From: Camelus ferus | Taxonomy: Eukaryota | Reading direction: 5' to 3' | Assembly: GCF_009834535.1 (NCBI RefSeq) | Contig: NC_045696.1 | Coordinates: forward strand, 64,048,001 to 64,112,000 | DNA: 64,000 nucleotides | Shown here: positions 51,778 through 64,000 of the stretch, in pieces | Numbering within the stretch: the stretch's first letter is position 1 | How the letters are laid out: each line of letters opens with the position of its first letter | The notes under the pieces: model-generated | Databases searched by the model: none | What the model saw: the letters and a program-made list of their open reading frames with translations, nothing else | Told to the model about the DNA's origin: nothing | Translations under genes and position numbers: made by a program

Positions 51778-53022
51778 GTAAGTTCTAAGAGGGTACCAAT
51801 CTCCCAGTAAAGATGCTAACAATGTCACCTTCAGAGCATGATCCTAAGTAATTTCAAATCTCTAAATAAGTTAGATATACCTACTGAATGTATCGTAAGA
51901 GAAGCAGATATGTTTGCCGAGGTCACTGCTGTCTCATTTGCTACTAGATTTAAACTGGGTAAACTTGATTAACCAAGTATCCATTGTCTATAGGATTTAA
52001 GTATTAGTGACTTCTCAAGTGATCAGATTACTCTGGGGCAGCTGTCACCGTATTCCCATGGTTAGAGGTTTCACAGTATAGTGAAAATTCAGCAATTATG
52101 CAGGACAGCAGGCCAAGAATAGAAGAATTCCATGAAATTTTTGGTAGAGGATCTCTATATAGAAGAGGTCTTAAACTTAAAACTTTTCTAATGAAGAACA
52201 AACCCACAGTGGGAGCAGGTAAGTTATAGATATGGAACATGTGAACAAACTAGAGAAAGTCTGTGTCCAATGTAAACTAAAGATTATTTATTTGTATTTA
52301 ATTGCTCATTATCTTAGGTACTGATTAAGAAAAAATAAAGAAGACTTTAAAGCTGAGTTCACACTAAGCTGAATTCACTGCCAAGAAAAGCAAGGAGCAC
52401 ACAGCTGTAATATAGAAGAATTTAGAGTCTGTAGGATGGGGCTCAGGTGGATGGAGCTGGTGTAGGTTTTTATATGACAGCCCATTAGTGTCTCATAGCC
52501 CAAGTTAGATTTGGGATAGCAGCTGAGTTTCACAACTGGTCAAGTCCAAATGGTACAGTTAAGTCAAAGACCACAGACAGTCACTGTCTCATCATTAGGC
52601 CGGTTTTCTGCTAGAGCTGAACAATTTTCTGAGAAGCAGTTGCTCCTTTCCCCCTCCTGGGATCCTGGCTTCTTGTTATTTTGCAATTTCTCGTACTCTG
52701 TTGGTGTAAGATGCCATTAAACTCAGGATTTTTCAGGACCACAATCTCTACGGCAGCTGAGCTAAATACCTGTAGGTTGTCATTTTCATCAACTCTGTTT
52801 ATTAACTAACTGATTATTATTATTTACTGATTCGGTCTCCCCAGTCACTTATCTGATGACCGAAGTCTCAATGTCAGTCTTAAAATCCTAAGGAGGACTT
52901 CTTGGAAACATTTTTTCTCATTCACGCATATCATTACCCAGTCAGTGTTGTGACTGTTATCAGTTATTTTATGTATGACCAGCTGACATGATAAAAACAT
53001 TTCTCTCTTGCATTCTTTACAG

Positions 53023-53102
53023 ATACTGATCAACGGGACCATCTTTGCCAGAATGTCTCCTGGGCAGAAATCCAGTCTGGTGGAAGAATTTCAGAAGCTG
53101 GA
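53023..53102 (+). CDS. ATP13A4: ATP13A4 coding exon (~exon 21; FARMSP)
   Basis: cag|ATA...GA|gtaggt; ILINGTIFARMSPGQKSSLVEEFQKLD. Confidence 0.96.
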
Positions 53103-53198
53103 GTAGGTTCTTTACCAGTTCAGGTGGTGTGAGGTGCATGGAGGCATGACAGTTAAGGGGAGTGTAAGAGGTCCAAGAAGTCACTCAGTTTGGTTAGG

Positions 53199-53366
53199 AC
53201 ACTGGTTCTCAACGTGGCTGCATGTGACAGTCACCTTGGGAGCTTTGAAAGAAATCGCAATACCAGGACACCACCATCCAGAGATTCTGTTTCAATTGCT
53301 CATGTGGGGCTTGGACATCAGTATTTTTTAAAAGTTCCTTTCATCCAGAGCTAAGAACACTACTGA
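53199..53366. mobile_element. MER5A-like hAT-Charlie MITE
   Basis: cactggttctcaac...cagtcacc..gggagcttt...ccagagattctg...tttttaaaagttcc...ctaagaacactactg. Confidence 0.65.
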
Positions 53367-54510
53367 GCTAGAACATAAGGGGCACAAGAAATAATTCTGG
53401 AAAGGTAATTTGAACTCAGCTCCTGAAGGTGCAATGCAAATTTAGACTTCATTTTTACAAAGTATCATCACAGTTATGATGCAGGGAGGTCCATATGATG
53501 AGTGGCTCACATAGCCCTAAAAATACTAAAGTGTTCTTGTGCCGAAGCATCCTCTCCATCCTAAATCAGAAGAATGCTCCTAACACAAAGGGTCTCCATT
53601 GATGCACTCCCATCATTTGACATCCTTTATTTCCTGTTAATGGAACCCTACAGAGTCTGGGGGCATCCCTTACTTCTGGTGCTGGACCAGACCGACATGA
53701 CTCCAACTCCTATTTGCTCCCAGTCTACCCTCCAACTCACTTGATTCAGTCACTAGGCAAGCTTCTATATTTAAAAAATCCTCTTTTATCAAGTAGGATT
53801 AAAAACCTACACAGTAAACTCGTTGCCTTACATAGGAGCGTGGAAGAGAAGTACAGCAAATTCTGCAAATGCTGTCAGGGTCCTCCTACCTTTAAAAGCA
53901 GACTGTCGATAATATTCATCAATAATTCAAAAGAACAGCCTCAAAAAGCAATCCTGAAATGGGGATATATTTTCTTTTCTCAACTCCTGGGCTTGGCACT
54001 GCATTTTTGAGTTGAGTGACGACTGGCACAGTGGATTTCTTCTCCAGTTACTGTTAACAGCACCAACAACTAATTTTTAGTTTATCATTTTAGAATATAG
54101 CACCTCACCGAATACTCATAGCAAAATGAGTAAAATGATAGTCAAGATGGTAACGTGATCAGATCAAAGGTCTAGATCTTCTGGTTTCAATTCCTGTGCC
54201 CTCCTCGCCTTGCAGTGTTGTCATGTAATCATCCACATTCTGTTTTACAGCCGACAGAGCTGTTTTCTAGACAGTGAGGTGGCCTTGAAACCCCTGGGGT
54301 CAGGAACGGTGTGTTGGATTCCTTAATCCATAGTAGGAACTGCCGAGTCATACTTTACTTTTAGTCAAACCAGACTGTTAGGAAAACTCCCTTAAAATAG
54401 ATAATAAGTTTGAGCCCTAAGTAATGAAGCTCATTTTATCTTTTTAATTAGAGAAATTAGCAGTCAAGATTGCTTTGATCTCCTCTACAATTGACACGGT
54501 TCCCTTTTAG

Positions 54511-54553
54511 TTACTTTGTAGGTATGTGTGGTGACGGAGCCAATGACTGTGGG
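54511..54553 (+). CDS. ATP13A4: ATP13A4 coding exon (~exon 22; GDGAND)
   Basis: tag|T...GGG|gtaagt; YFVGMCGDGANDCG. Confidence 0.97.
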
Positions 54554-54955
54554 GTAAGTAGCTGCCGGGGAGTGGGGCCATCGTCGCACTCTTAGTTGTA
54601 CTTGCTCAGAGCCCTTTAAGAGATAATGTCCCCTGGGATACACATCATCTCCATTCCTCCTGGTGGAGAAACTGATGCAGAGGGTTTGGGATGGTTTTGA
54701 CCAAAGCTACATAATGATTAATTCGTCAGTACTAAATGAAATAGAATTTGGTTCTTGGATTCCCCACTTCTTTGAGTAGGTGACCCAGTGCCAGCTCTTT
54801 CTTATGTGGCAGGCAGAACCAAATTTAATCATCTCCTGGCTAGTGCTTGGCCCACAAGCCACCTTGTGGCCAGCTTAACTGGCCTCTCCTTGCATGCCCT
54901 CAGGAGAGTGTGTACGTGAGTGCGCATCCACAGTAAGTTGACTCTTTGCTTTCAG

Positions 54956-55065
54956 GCTTTGAAAATGGCTCATGTGGGCATCTCTTTATCAGAGCAAGAG
55001 GCATCCGTGGCCTCGCCTTTCACTTCCAAAACTCCAAACATTGAGTGTGTACCGCACCTTATCAA
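54956..55065 (+). CDS. ATP13A4: ATP13A4 coding exon (~exon 23)
   Basis: cag|GCT...AA|gtaagt; [37 protein letters not shown]. Confidence 0.97.
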
Positions 55066-56954
55066 GTAAGTAGGCACTTTTCCCCAGCATTGTTTCAACC
55101 TCTCTTGACTTTTAGCTCCAGATCCCATTGTTCTGCCAGGCAAAGACCAGGCAACCACATGTCCCTGGGCAGGGAAGGGGCTTTGTGGGAGAACGCCGTC
55201 AAACATTCTACTCCTGAGTACATTTAGCAGGAGGCAAAAATAACCCTGGGAAAGCAGTGGCATTTCTAACAAAAATCACTGAATAGGTTATTTCTAGAAG
55301 ATTGGAATCTGGAATGTGTTTCTGCTTTGAAAATGTCAATTGTACTCTTATTATTATTATTTTAAATATGTCTCCTTAGATGCTGTATTAACGGGGGGAT
55401 GGACAGAAACACGTTCTTCGCCAGCTGCCTTCCTTTTCTCTTGCCTCTTTGTGCTTCCTTGAAATATCCTTCCCATCCCCCGTTTTCAGAATATTTATTC
55501 ATCTTTGCTGCTTCTACTAAAATTTCCCTTGGTGTTTTGTACCCCTCAGCCAGCCCTGGAGTATACCTTTATTTCAATGATGGAAATGGTGGACATTGTG
55601 GCTGATTTTGGTTATTATAACTAGTATATGTTTACAGTTTATAAAATGCTTTAATGCCTATTATACACCAAACAGCCTGGAAATGTAGGAATGGTCACTA
55701 TTTCTTTTAGAAACAAAAATATTGAGGCTCAGAGAACTTAATTGATGTATCCAAGCTCACAGACATATAGGACTGAAGATTGTATTAGAATTAATTTTGT
55801 TCCAATGTGTATTATCTACAAATACCATACTCTTCCCACCACATTAAAATAATGATTTGGCGAGCTCCTCCCTGTTTAAAAATGTATTCCTGTATTCAAT
55901 AAATATTTATAAAGTAGGGACTTAGTGCCAGGAACTGGGGGAGGCACTGGGGACCCAGAAGCAAATCGATTAAATATGCTTTGATGTCACAAAGCTTTCT
56001 GCCGGTGAAGAAGACAGGCGATAAATACATGTACAGAAAAGCAAGGGTAACATAAAAAAGGGGAAGATGGCTTGGGTGGTGGAACTGGCTGCTTCAGACG
56101 CGTGGTGTGGAGAAGCCTTGCGAAGAGGGTGAGGGAGGAGGAGAAACTACCTTCTAGGCAGAGTAAATGGAAGCAGCAGAGCCCTCATAAGAAGAAGAAG
56201 CCTGCTTTGAGGACTGGGATCTGGAATCCCAGGAAATCATTCTGACCAGAAGTAAATTGAAACTCTATTCTTTTCCCAAATGGAAGAGGTGAACATAGTA
56301 TTTCATGAGTAATCTGTTTTATGCTTTAAATATACACTATTTACTCAATCAACAGAAACACAAATGAAGATGCTCATTGATTCCAGTCTCTTTAAATTTG
56401 ATGTATGCCTGATTTGAGTATGCAGATTGTTTTAGTTCGGTTTTAGAAGAAGGTAGGACTGCCAAATGCGATTTGAATGAGATGTTTGCCAAATTCCCGG
56501 AGCACCTGGAGCATGAAAATGGCCCCCAAACCTGCAATCTTATTAAAATTCTTCAGTTCACAGATGAAGAAACAGTGACTGAGAGATGGAAAATGACCTT
56601 CTAAATCACATTAGTGAGTAGATATGAGCTCTGGGACCAGTTCACAGGTCTCCAGACCTGGAGCTGAAATAGCGCCCACAGAGAGGACAAGAGTGACTCT
56701 GACTCTGGGCTCCACTGCTCATCAAAGGCCTGTGGACTTTGGCCTGGAGTTGGTCTTTCTTGAAAATCTGGTGATTTAGCATACTGACCGCTGCCTCCCA
56801 CTGGCTCAAGGTTTTCTGGTCTGTCAGACAAATGATCGAATAATCAGGCTTTCAACTTTTTTCTCCTGAGCTCAGCTGAACAGCACAGAATAACTGACCT
56901 CATTTCTTCCCAGTGCTTTCATTTCATTACTTTCTCATTTCTTTTCTCACACAG

Positions 56955-57051
56955 GGAAGGACGTGCAGCTCTCGTTACGTCATTTTGCATGTTTAAGTAC
57001 ATGGCTCTGTACAGCATGATTCAGTATATCGGTGTTCTGCTGCTCTACTGG
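56955..57051 (+). CDS. ATP13A4: ATP13A4 coding exon (~exon 24; TM5)
   Basis: cag|G...TGG|gtatga; [32 protein letters not shown]. Confidence 0.97.
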
Positions 57052-57420
57052 GTATGACTTGGGACCTAGCCTCTTGGTTAGTGAAGCCTAAAACAAGTAG
57101 CGGTCACTCTCAATTTGCAATGCATCTTAAACAAAGTGCGCAAAGGAGATATTTCGAGCACCAACAGCCCCTCTAAAATGCCCTTTAAAGTTTTTTGAAA
57201 GTAAATCAGAAATAGACTGAAGTACTCAGGAAAACTTGTTGGTGTCAACTCTCTGAGTCCCTGACAGAAGCTTTTTATATAGTTGTAGCCCAGGATCAGA
57301 ACTGAACACAACCTTTTCTCTCTCGTTGTTACTTTTGCTTGCCTGGGCTAGGACTCCAGCTTCCCAACCCCAGTGTGGCTCTGCCTTAGCACATCATTCA
57401 TTAAGGAGATGCTTCTCTGA

Positions 57421-57849
57421 CGGGGGTGCTGCTAACTGTTACATAACTGGCTCTTCCTGGAAAAACAAACCCTGATTCTTAATACTTGCCAATTTCAATG
57501 GTATAAATATGCCCACCATGGCTGGTTTCCAGGTATCTCCCTGGTGCCACTGAACATGGAGTTGGGAAGACACGTCCAGTAGTATGCCTTCTATAGTGGT
57601 TGCATCATATAGATACAAAAGTTGTAGGTAACCTCAAGACCATAGATAACGGCAAAACAAAATGTAGGAAAATGATGGGGAAATGTGAAGTTTTGAGTAT
57701 TTATTAACTTTATTTTTTATCACAATTTATATAATGGTAAATTTGTATAATTTAATTTTTTATATTGGCTGTGTTTCACAGCCAATTCACAAAACCCCTG
57801 AAAATTAGCAATTGACTCTCATGAACTAGTATAAAGCAGCATATCACTG
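57421..57849. mobile_element. MER63-like hAT DNA transposon relic (short form)
   Basis: Shares the 3' end (ttgagtatttatta...ggctgtgttt...cactg) with the element at 59736-60418. Confidence 0.65.
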
Positions 57850-58792
57850 ATTTCCTGAATGTAAGGATTTGAAAATTGGCATATCATACCCCGCAAAGTA
57901 CACAGATCTTTTGATGGCTTTTTCTATTTAACAAAACAGAAAAGGAAGAAAGATACATGTAGTGTCTGTGAACTTAATCTATGGGCCTCTTCCATTAACT
58001 TACACTGAGAAAGGAGATTCCATTTGTGCTGAAGATATCCAGGCTCTTCTCCATGTCTTGCCCTCTTGAAGGTTGAAGGTTTTACTTCTGTTATTTCCAG
58101 ATTATATAAGTCTTTTACTACTCACTGATGAATAAGCTGGAAAAGAGGAGGCTTTTTATAGAAATATGGCCCTATTTTGGAATCCCAATAACTCATGCTC
58201 AAAAGTAGAGTTAAACATGGGTCATCATTAGCTCTTTTACACTAAGGAGTGGTGGAGGAGGGCAAGGAAGCACGTTGCTTAAAATCAGTAAGACCTGAAC
58301 GTTTTTTCTTTCAAGAATATCAAGGAGCTTTGTTAGGACTTTATAACAACACCAAATAATGCAAATAGTGAGTTCAGTTATTTTCATTTTCCACTGGTGA
58401 GATTTAGGTAAGATCACCACACATTTGTCACTTACACTTGGAAACACACCCTTTTTTTTATGCCAGACCAAACCCTAACTTTTCTGCAAACAAGTAGAAA
58501 AGAGAGCAGAGATGAATCTGGTAGAATGAGATAGTCCCCTCAATAAGGGATGATATCTATGCTCAAAGGACCAGCCCCAAAAGCACATGGCAGTGGCCCT
58601 CCTGGTTAGAGAGGGGTTTGCAGGCTTATCTTTGATACCCCTGCCAACATGACCAGACCCCTGACCACACCGTCTCCTTGGTAATTTGCTCAGAAATCCT
58701 ATGTTGCTGTGAGAAAATGAGTGCAATTGATGTCAAAGTTCATCCAGAAGGTCGTAACATTTTTTTTGAACCATTTTCCTTTTTATTTTCAG

Positions 58793-58865
58793 GAGACAAA
58801 CAGCCTTTCAAATTACCAGTTTCTGTTCCAGGATCTGGCCATTACAACTCTAATTGGTGTAACAA
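58793..58865 (+). CDS. ATP13A4: ATP13A4 coding exon (~exon 25; TM6)
   Basis: cag|GAG...ACAA|gtaaga; ETNSLSNYQFLFQDLAITTLIGVT. Confidence 0.96.
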
Positions 58866-59735
58866 GTAAGACATTTTTTTAAGCCTTCTTCTCAGAGGTG
58901 CTTCCTTCCGCATGCCTCCCTCTGCCCGCCTAGGGTTGTCCATCAGGAGGGGCAGAGCCTGCCACAGTAGTGACTTATTCCCCAAAGTGGTAGAGCGTAC
59001 AGAGAAAGAGGAAATGGAATCTTCATTTTCATGTGTTGAAAGAGTTAGCAAAGGAGAAGCTGGCTAGCTGTTCTGCTGTTCTCCATAAAATATAGAGCTT
59101 CCATAAATGGTCATGAAACATTTAAAATGAAAAAAAAAAGCACCTTGAAAATCAGGAATGCTGACTTCAGTGTGCTTTTAGGTATAGTTATGGTCCAAAT
59201 GTGCCCAATTTATAGAAGCTAAATGGCTTTTATGTTTCCATGTCCAACCCTAGCCTCTCAGGATTTAGAATAGAGATTAAAGGTAATCTTGCCAATGCGC
59301 CACTCCCACTTCCCACCTCTTAACTAATATATGAATTGTCTCTCCAGTTTCCCTGCTATGGGATTTTTTTTCCCCAACCCATCCACTAACCATCATCTTT
59401 ACCATATTCTTTGCTTTTCTCTCTGTTACATATAAATGCCCGCAGGTCCACTTGTACTTTTAACCCTACCCGATCCTGCTTTCTCAAGGATTGTATTGCT
59501 GTAGTAATCTCTTTCTTCACCATCAGCATACAAATATATTTTTGCATTTTCTTTCTTTAAAAGCTTTTCCTCGACCTCAAACCCACCACTAGCTCAAACT
59601 TCCCAAATAGTTGTGTATCTCTTCTTTGCCCACTTGCCATCTGTAACTCTATTGTCATTTCATGTCACTCAGCCAGATTCTAACATTCGAGGGCATGAAT
59701 TTGGATACTGACACTGTGCTGTATTTGGTGGAAGG

Positions 59736-60418
59736 CAGTGGTATGCCAGAAAATATTTAACAATTGGCTTCCCTCTGTCCCAAATGTTTGTATATGTATG
59801 CACATGAGTGTATTATAAGCTTTACTGAAAAGAAAAATATGTAGAGGGCAATTTTCAAATAATAATAAAATAATTGCTTTCTTGCAAATTCCATTCAGCC
59901 AACTGATTCTTACAGAACGTTTTCACTGAGTTTTGCCAAACCCCTCTATCCATTGTCAACATATGGTTGCGACTGATGACTGAATCTGTTCTAACGTGAA
60001 TGTTGGTTGACGTCTTTCTTTACCTGAATGAGCAAAATAACAAAGACTCATGTTGAAACTTTAATCAGTCATCAGTCATATGAGCAACTTATATGCTTAT
60101 TTGGAAGCTTGGTTCTTGAAAGCTGGAAAAATAGTTCCTCAGTTAAAAATTGTTCTTGATATGATGGCTACGTTACATACATAACATACACTTAAGTTGA
60201 ATTGTCATAATTAACTGTAAGAACACAGATAATGCTAAAATGTAGTAAAATGGTTAGGATGCTGTCAATTTTGAGTATTTATTACCTTTACTTTTAAGAT
60301 ATTTAATTGCAACTTTATATAATTTTCTTTTAATAACGGCTGTGTTTAATAACTGGCTCACAAACTTAGCAGCGATTGGCCTTTGTGAACCCATATGAGC
60401 CAGCTCCAACCACCACTG
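59736..60418. mobile_element. MER63-like hAT DNA transposon relic with terminal inverted repeats
   Basis: Begins cagtggt, ends accactg (TIR). Internal motifs match MER63 from recall. Confidence 0.7.
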
Positions 60419-61259
60419 GCTGGGAGGGTACACAGTACTGACACATTCAGAAGTACCAGTCTTAAGCTGCCTTTTCCACATGCCTCGTGGTCTTGCTTTC
60501 ACACTAGTCTCATCTTGTACCTTCTCATCATAATCTTAACCGCTCTCACACCAACTTATCATTTAAAAAAAATGTTCAAAAGCTCTGTTTTCTAAGAACA
60601 TATTCAAAGAGAACAACTCCTGTCTCTGCTGCCACCTCCCTGACACTGTTGTCTGGTCAAGGCCACCAGGGACTTCCCTGCTGTCAACAGTAATGATCAT
60701 GTCTCCTTCCTCATTGTGCTGGAATCTCTCAACAGCGTTCTCCTTCCTCAAAAGGCTTCTTCTCTTGGCTTTTGTGATGCCAAACACTCCTGAATTATCT
60801 AGCCCTTTAATGAATACACCTTCCCCATCTCTGTTGTTGGCCTCTGCTCCTTTGCCTGTGCTCTGACTTTTAGAATGTTCCAGAGCTTGTTCTTTGGTTC
60901 TCTTGTCCTTTCCATCTGCACCATCTCCCTAAGTGATTTCAACCAATTCTGTGGCTTTAATGTCATTTATATGCTGATGAATCCCAAATTTATATCTCTA
61001 GCCTTAATGTCTATCCTGAGTTCTGGAAATGCAACTACTCAGCATCTAATCTTGGATATTTAACAGGGCAGACACTTGAACATGCCCAAGCAATGCTTTA
61101 CTCTACCGGATTTGATATTCCACAAAATTGTTACGCATTTAATGAGTGTCTAGTTTGTACTATTTACTCTAACAGGCACTTGAAATACATAAATGGGAAA
61201 AAATAATTCCTTTCCTGTAGATTTATGTTTATTGCTGGACACTCAATTCTGTTCCTATG

Positions 61260-63023
61260 TCAGTATCACACTGTTTTGTTTATTATTTTGGAGTGAGTTT
61301 GAAATCAAAAAATGTAAGTCCTCCAACATCGTTCCTTTTTATGATTGTTTTGACTATTCAGGGCCCTTTACAATTCTACGTGAATTTGAGAATCAACTTT
61401 TCCATTCTGCAAAAAAATGTCATTTGAATTTTGACAAACGTTGCATTGAATCTGAGGATCACTTTGGGTAGTATTGATATCTTAAAATACTGCCTTCCAA
61501 TCCATGAGCTTTGGATGTATTTCCATTTACTTATGTCTTATTTTAATTTCTTTCAACAAAGTTCTATAATTTTCAGATTTTTCTCCTTTTTGGCTTAAAT
61601 TTACTCCTAGGTATTTTATTCTTTTAGATGCCATTGAAAATAGAATTTTCTTAATTTCCTTTTTAAAATATTCATTGCTAGTGTATAGAAACACAACTGA
61701 TTTTTATGTGTTGACCTTGTATCCTGCAACATAACTGAAGTCATTTATTACTCCTAGCAGCTGTCTTGTGAATTCCTTGAAATTTCCAATATAAAGGATT
61801 TTGTCACTTGTGAATAGAGATCGTTTTCTTTCTTCTATTTGAATGGATGACTTATTTCTTTACCTTCTCTAATTGTGCTAGGCAAAACCTTCAAGGCAGT
61901 GTTGAATAACAGTGGTGAAAGTGGGCGTTCTTGTTTTGTTCCTTATCTCAGGAGGAAAGCTTTCAGTCTCTTACCCTTGAGTGTGATGTTAGCTGTAACT
62001 TTTTTTAATTATTACATAATATAATCATGGGAGTTACATATAACATGCTAAATTTATAACAATCTAGTTCGAATTGGTACCTTAACTTCAGTAGGAGGCA
62101 AAAACTCTACCGCTTTATAGCCCTGTCTCCCTTTTTTATGTTGTCACAGGTTACGTCTTTATCTCTTGTGTGCCCAATAACATAAATATAATTATTTTTT
62201 ATGCATCTGTCTTTTAAATCATGTAGAAATAAAAAGTGGAGTTAAAAAACAAAAATGTAATAATATTTGCTTTTATATTCACCCCAGTAGTTACCTTTAC
62301 TGGGCAAAATGAGTATGCCAATAAAGAGATAGAAATTATAAAAAAGGATTCTTTTATTTCAGACGTTTTAAATTGAAGTATAGTCAGTTTAAAATGTTGT
62401 GTTAATTTCTGGTGTACAGAATAGTGATTCAGTTATACATATATACATATATATTCCTTTTCACATTATTTTTCATTATAGGTTATTACAAGATATTGAA
62501 TATAGTTCCCTGTGATGTACAGTGAAACCTTGTTGTTTAACTTTTTTTATTCTTATTTTTATTGAACTGTAGTCAGTTTACAATGTTAGTTTCAAGTGCA
62601 CAGCAAAGTAATTATTTATACATATACATAAATACATACATATATATATGTTTTCAGTTTCTTTTCCATTATGGCTCATTACAAGAAATTGAATATAGTT
62701 CCCTGGGTTATACAGTAGTTCCTTAATATTTATCTATTTTATATATAGTAATGTATATCAGTTAATCCCAGACTCCTAATCTGTCCCTTCCCCCTGCCTT
62801 TCCCCCCTTGTAACCAGAGCTTGTTTTCCATGTTGGTGAGTCTATTTTGGGCTTGTAAATAAAATTTGTATAATTTTTTCTTTTAGATTCCACATATAAG
62901 TGACATCTTATGATATTTGTCTTTCTTGTCTGATTTACTACATTTAGTGATAATCTCTGTGTCCATTCCATGTTACTGCAAATGGCATTATTTCATTCTT
63001 TTTTATGGCTGAGTAATATTCCA

Positions 63024-63093
<70 letters not shown>

Positions 63094-64000
63094 TCTTTAT
63101 CCATTCATCTGTTGATGGACATTTAGGTTGTTTCCATATCTTGGCTATTGTAAATAGTGCTGCTGTGAACACCAGGGGTGCATGTGTCTTAAAAAAAGAT
63201 TCTTTAAAAAGAATGTCTTTTGGCTTCTTTTTAAAATTCCTCTCTCTTTGCTGTTATTCTCCTTTTGTTCACACATTATTTTCCTAGTTTCCTTTAGTTC
63301 CTTTGTCCATGATTTCCTTTAGTTCTTTGAGCATATTTAAGACAGTTTTTTTTTTTAGAGTCTTCACCCAGTAAGTCCAATGTCTGTGTTTCCTCAGAAT
63401 TTATTTCTGTCAATTTATTTTATTCCATTCAATGTTATAATGCTGTAACTCTGGAAATCAGATTCTCTCCCTTCCCCAGGGCTTGATATTTGGCTGCTTT
63501 TTGAAGACTGTAGTAATCCATTTATTTAGTAACTTTTCTATACTATTTTTGCAAAGGTCGTATCAGTTGTCATGTGTGGTCACTAAAATCTCTGTTGCTT
63601 TAGCTTTTGTTAAGCCAATGTTTTGACAGGGATTCCACTGAATTCCAAGAATTTAAAAACAGGAATATAGAAATACCTGTCCCAGTCTTTGCAGATTGGC
63701 TCTGTGCCAGGGCTCTTCAGCACTTAGCCACTCTTGTGCTGAGTCTAGCGATCATCCAGGGCTGAAAACTTAGGGTCTTTTCTGGTCTTTTCTGAGCCTA
63801 CATCTTGCCCTGAGCATGCACATGACTTTCTATGTTCCCCAACATACACAGGTACTTTTGAATACAATGATTTTTTAAACAAATGTTCCTTAACTTTTCT
63901 ACCTAGTCTTCGGATGGTTATTTTATGTCTCAACTGTAGTCTTTAGCTCTAGGCGACTGTGGGTAGTTTGTTAGCCTTACAGTGTTTTCAAGGAATGTAT
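61260..64000 (-). mobile_element. Old L1M fragments containing a younger L1 3' insertion (~62355-63190)
   Basis: Reverse L1 ORF2 motifs at 61260-62000 (gcattgaatct, tgttgaataacagtggtgaaagtgggc). The younger L1 3' end is flanked by aaaaa(g/a)gattcttt. Confidence 0.75.
63025..63091. repeat. (TA)n microsatellite, ~33 units
   Basis: Direct inspection. Confidence 0.98.

Noticed and set aside
13104..58865. Assignment to paralogues ATP13A5, ATP13A3 or ATP13A2
   Set aside because: Peptides such as IINRAIRKPDLK, SEADYKRHVLFCGT and ETNSLSNYQFLFQDL match ATP13A4 as I recall it; not verified by database search

Overview
Mammalian genomic DNA, probably camelid (inferred from tRNA-derived Vic-1-like SINEs and no obvious ruminant BovB/Bov-tA or pig PRE-1 repeats). 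The + strand carries 23 consecutive in-frame coding exons (about exons 3-25; 13104-58865; 2608 nt, ~869 codons) of the P5B-type ATPase ATP13A4. All introns are GT-AG and the TGES, PPALP, DKTGT, KGAPE, TGDN and GDGAND motifs are intact. The first and last exons lie outside the window. The standout feature is at 564-5413 on the - strand: a >4.7 kb, frame-preserving, CpG-rich array of 63-bp (21-aa) units with occasional 45-bp units. It encodes a Ser/Thr/Ala/Pro/Gly mucin-type PTS domain (1494-aa ORF) with higher-order repeat structure. As assembled, it lies antisense inside the intron upstream of ATP13A4 exon 3, making it a candidate nested, lineage-specific mucin gene. It is truncated by a 100-N gap (5414-5513) and followed by ERV-like sequence. 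The introns otherwise hold SINEs, young and old L1 fragments (one with a twin-priming inversion), hAT DNA transposon relics and microsatellites.
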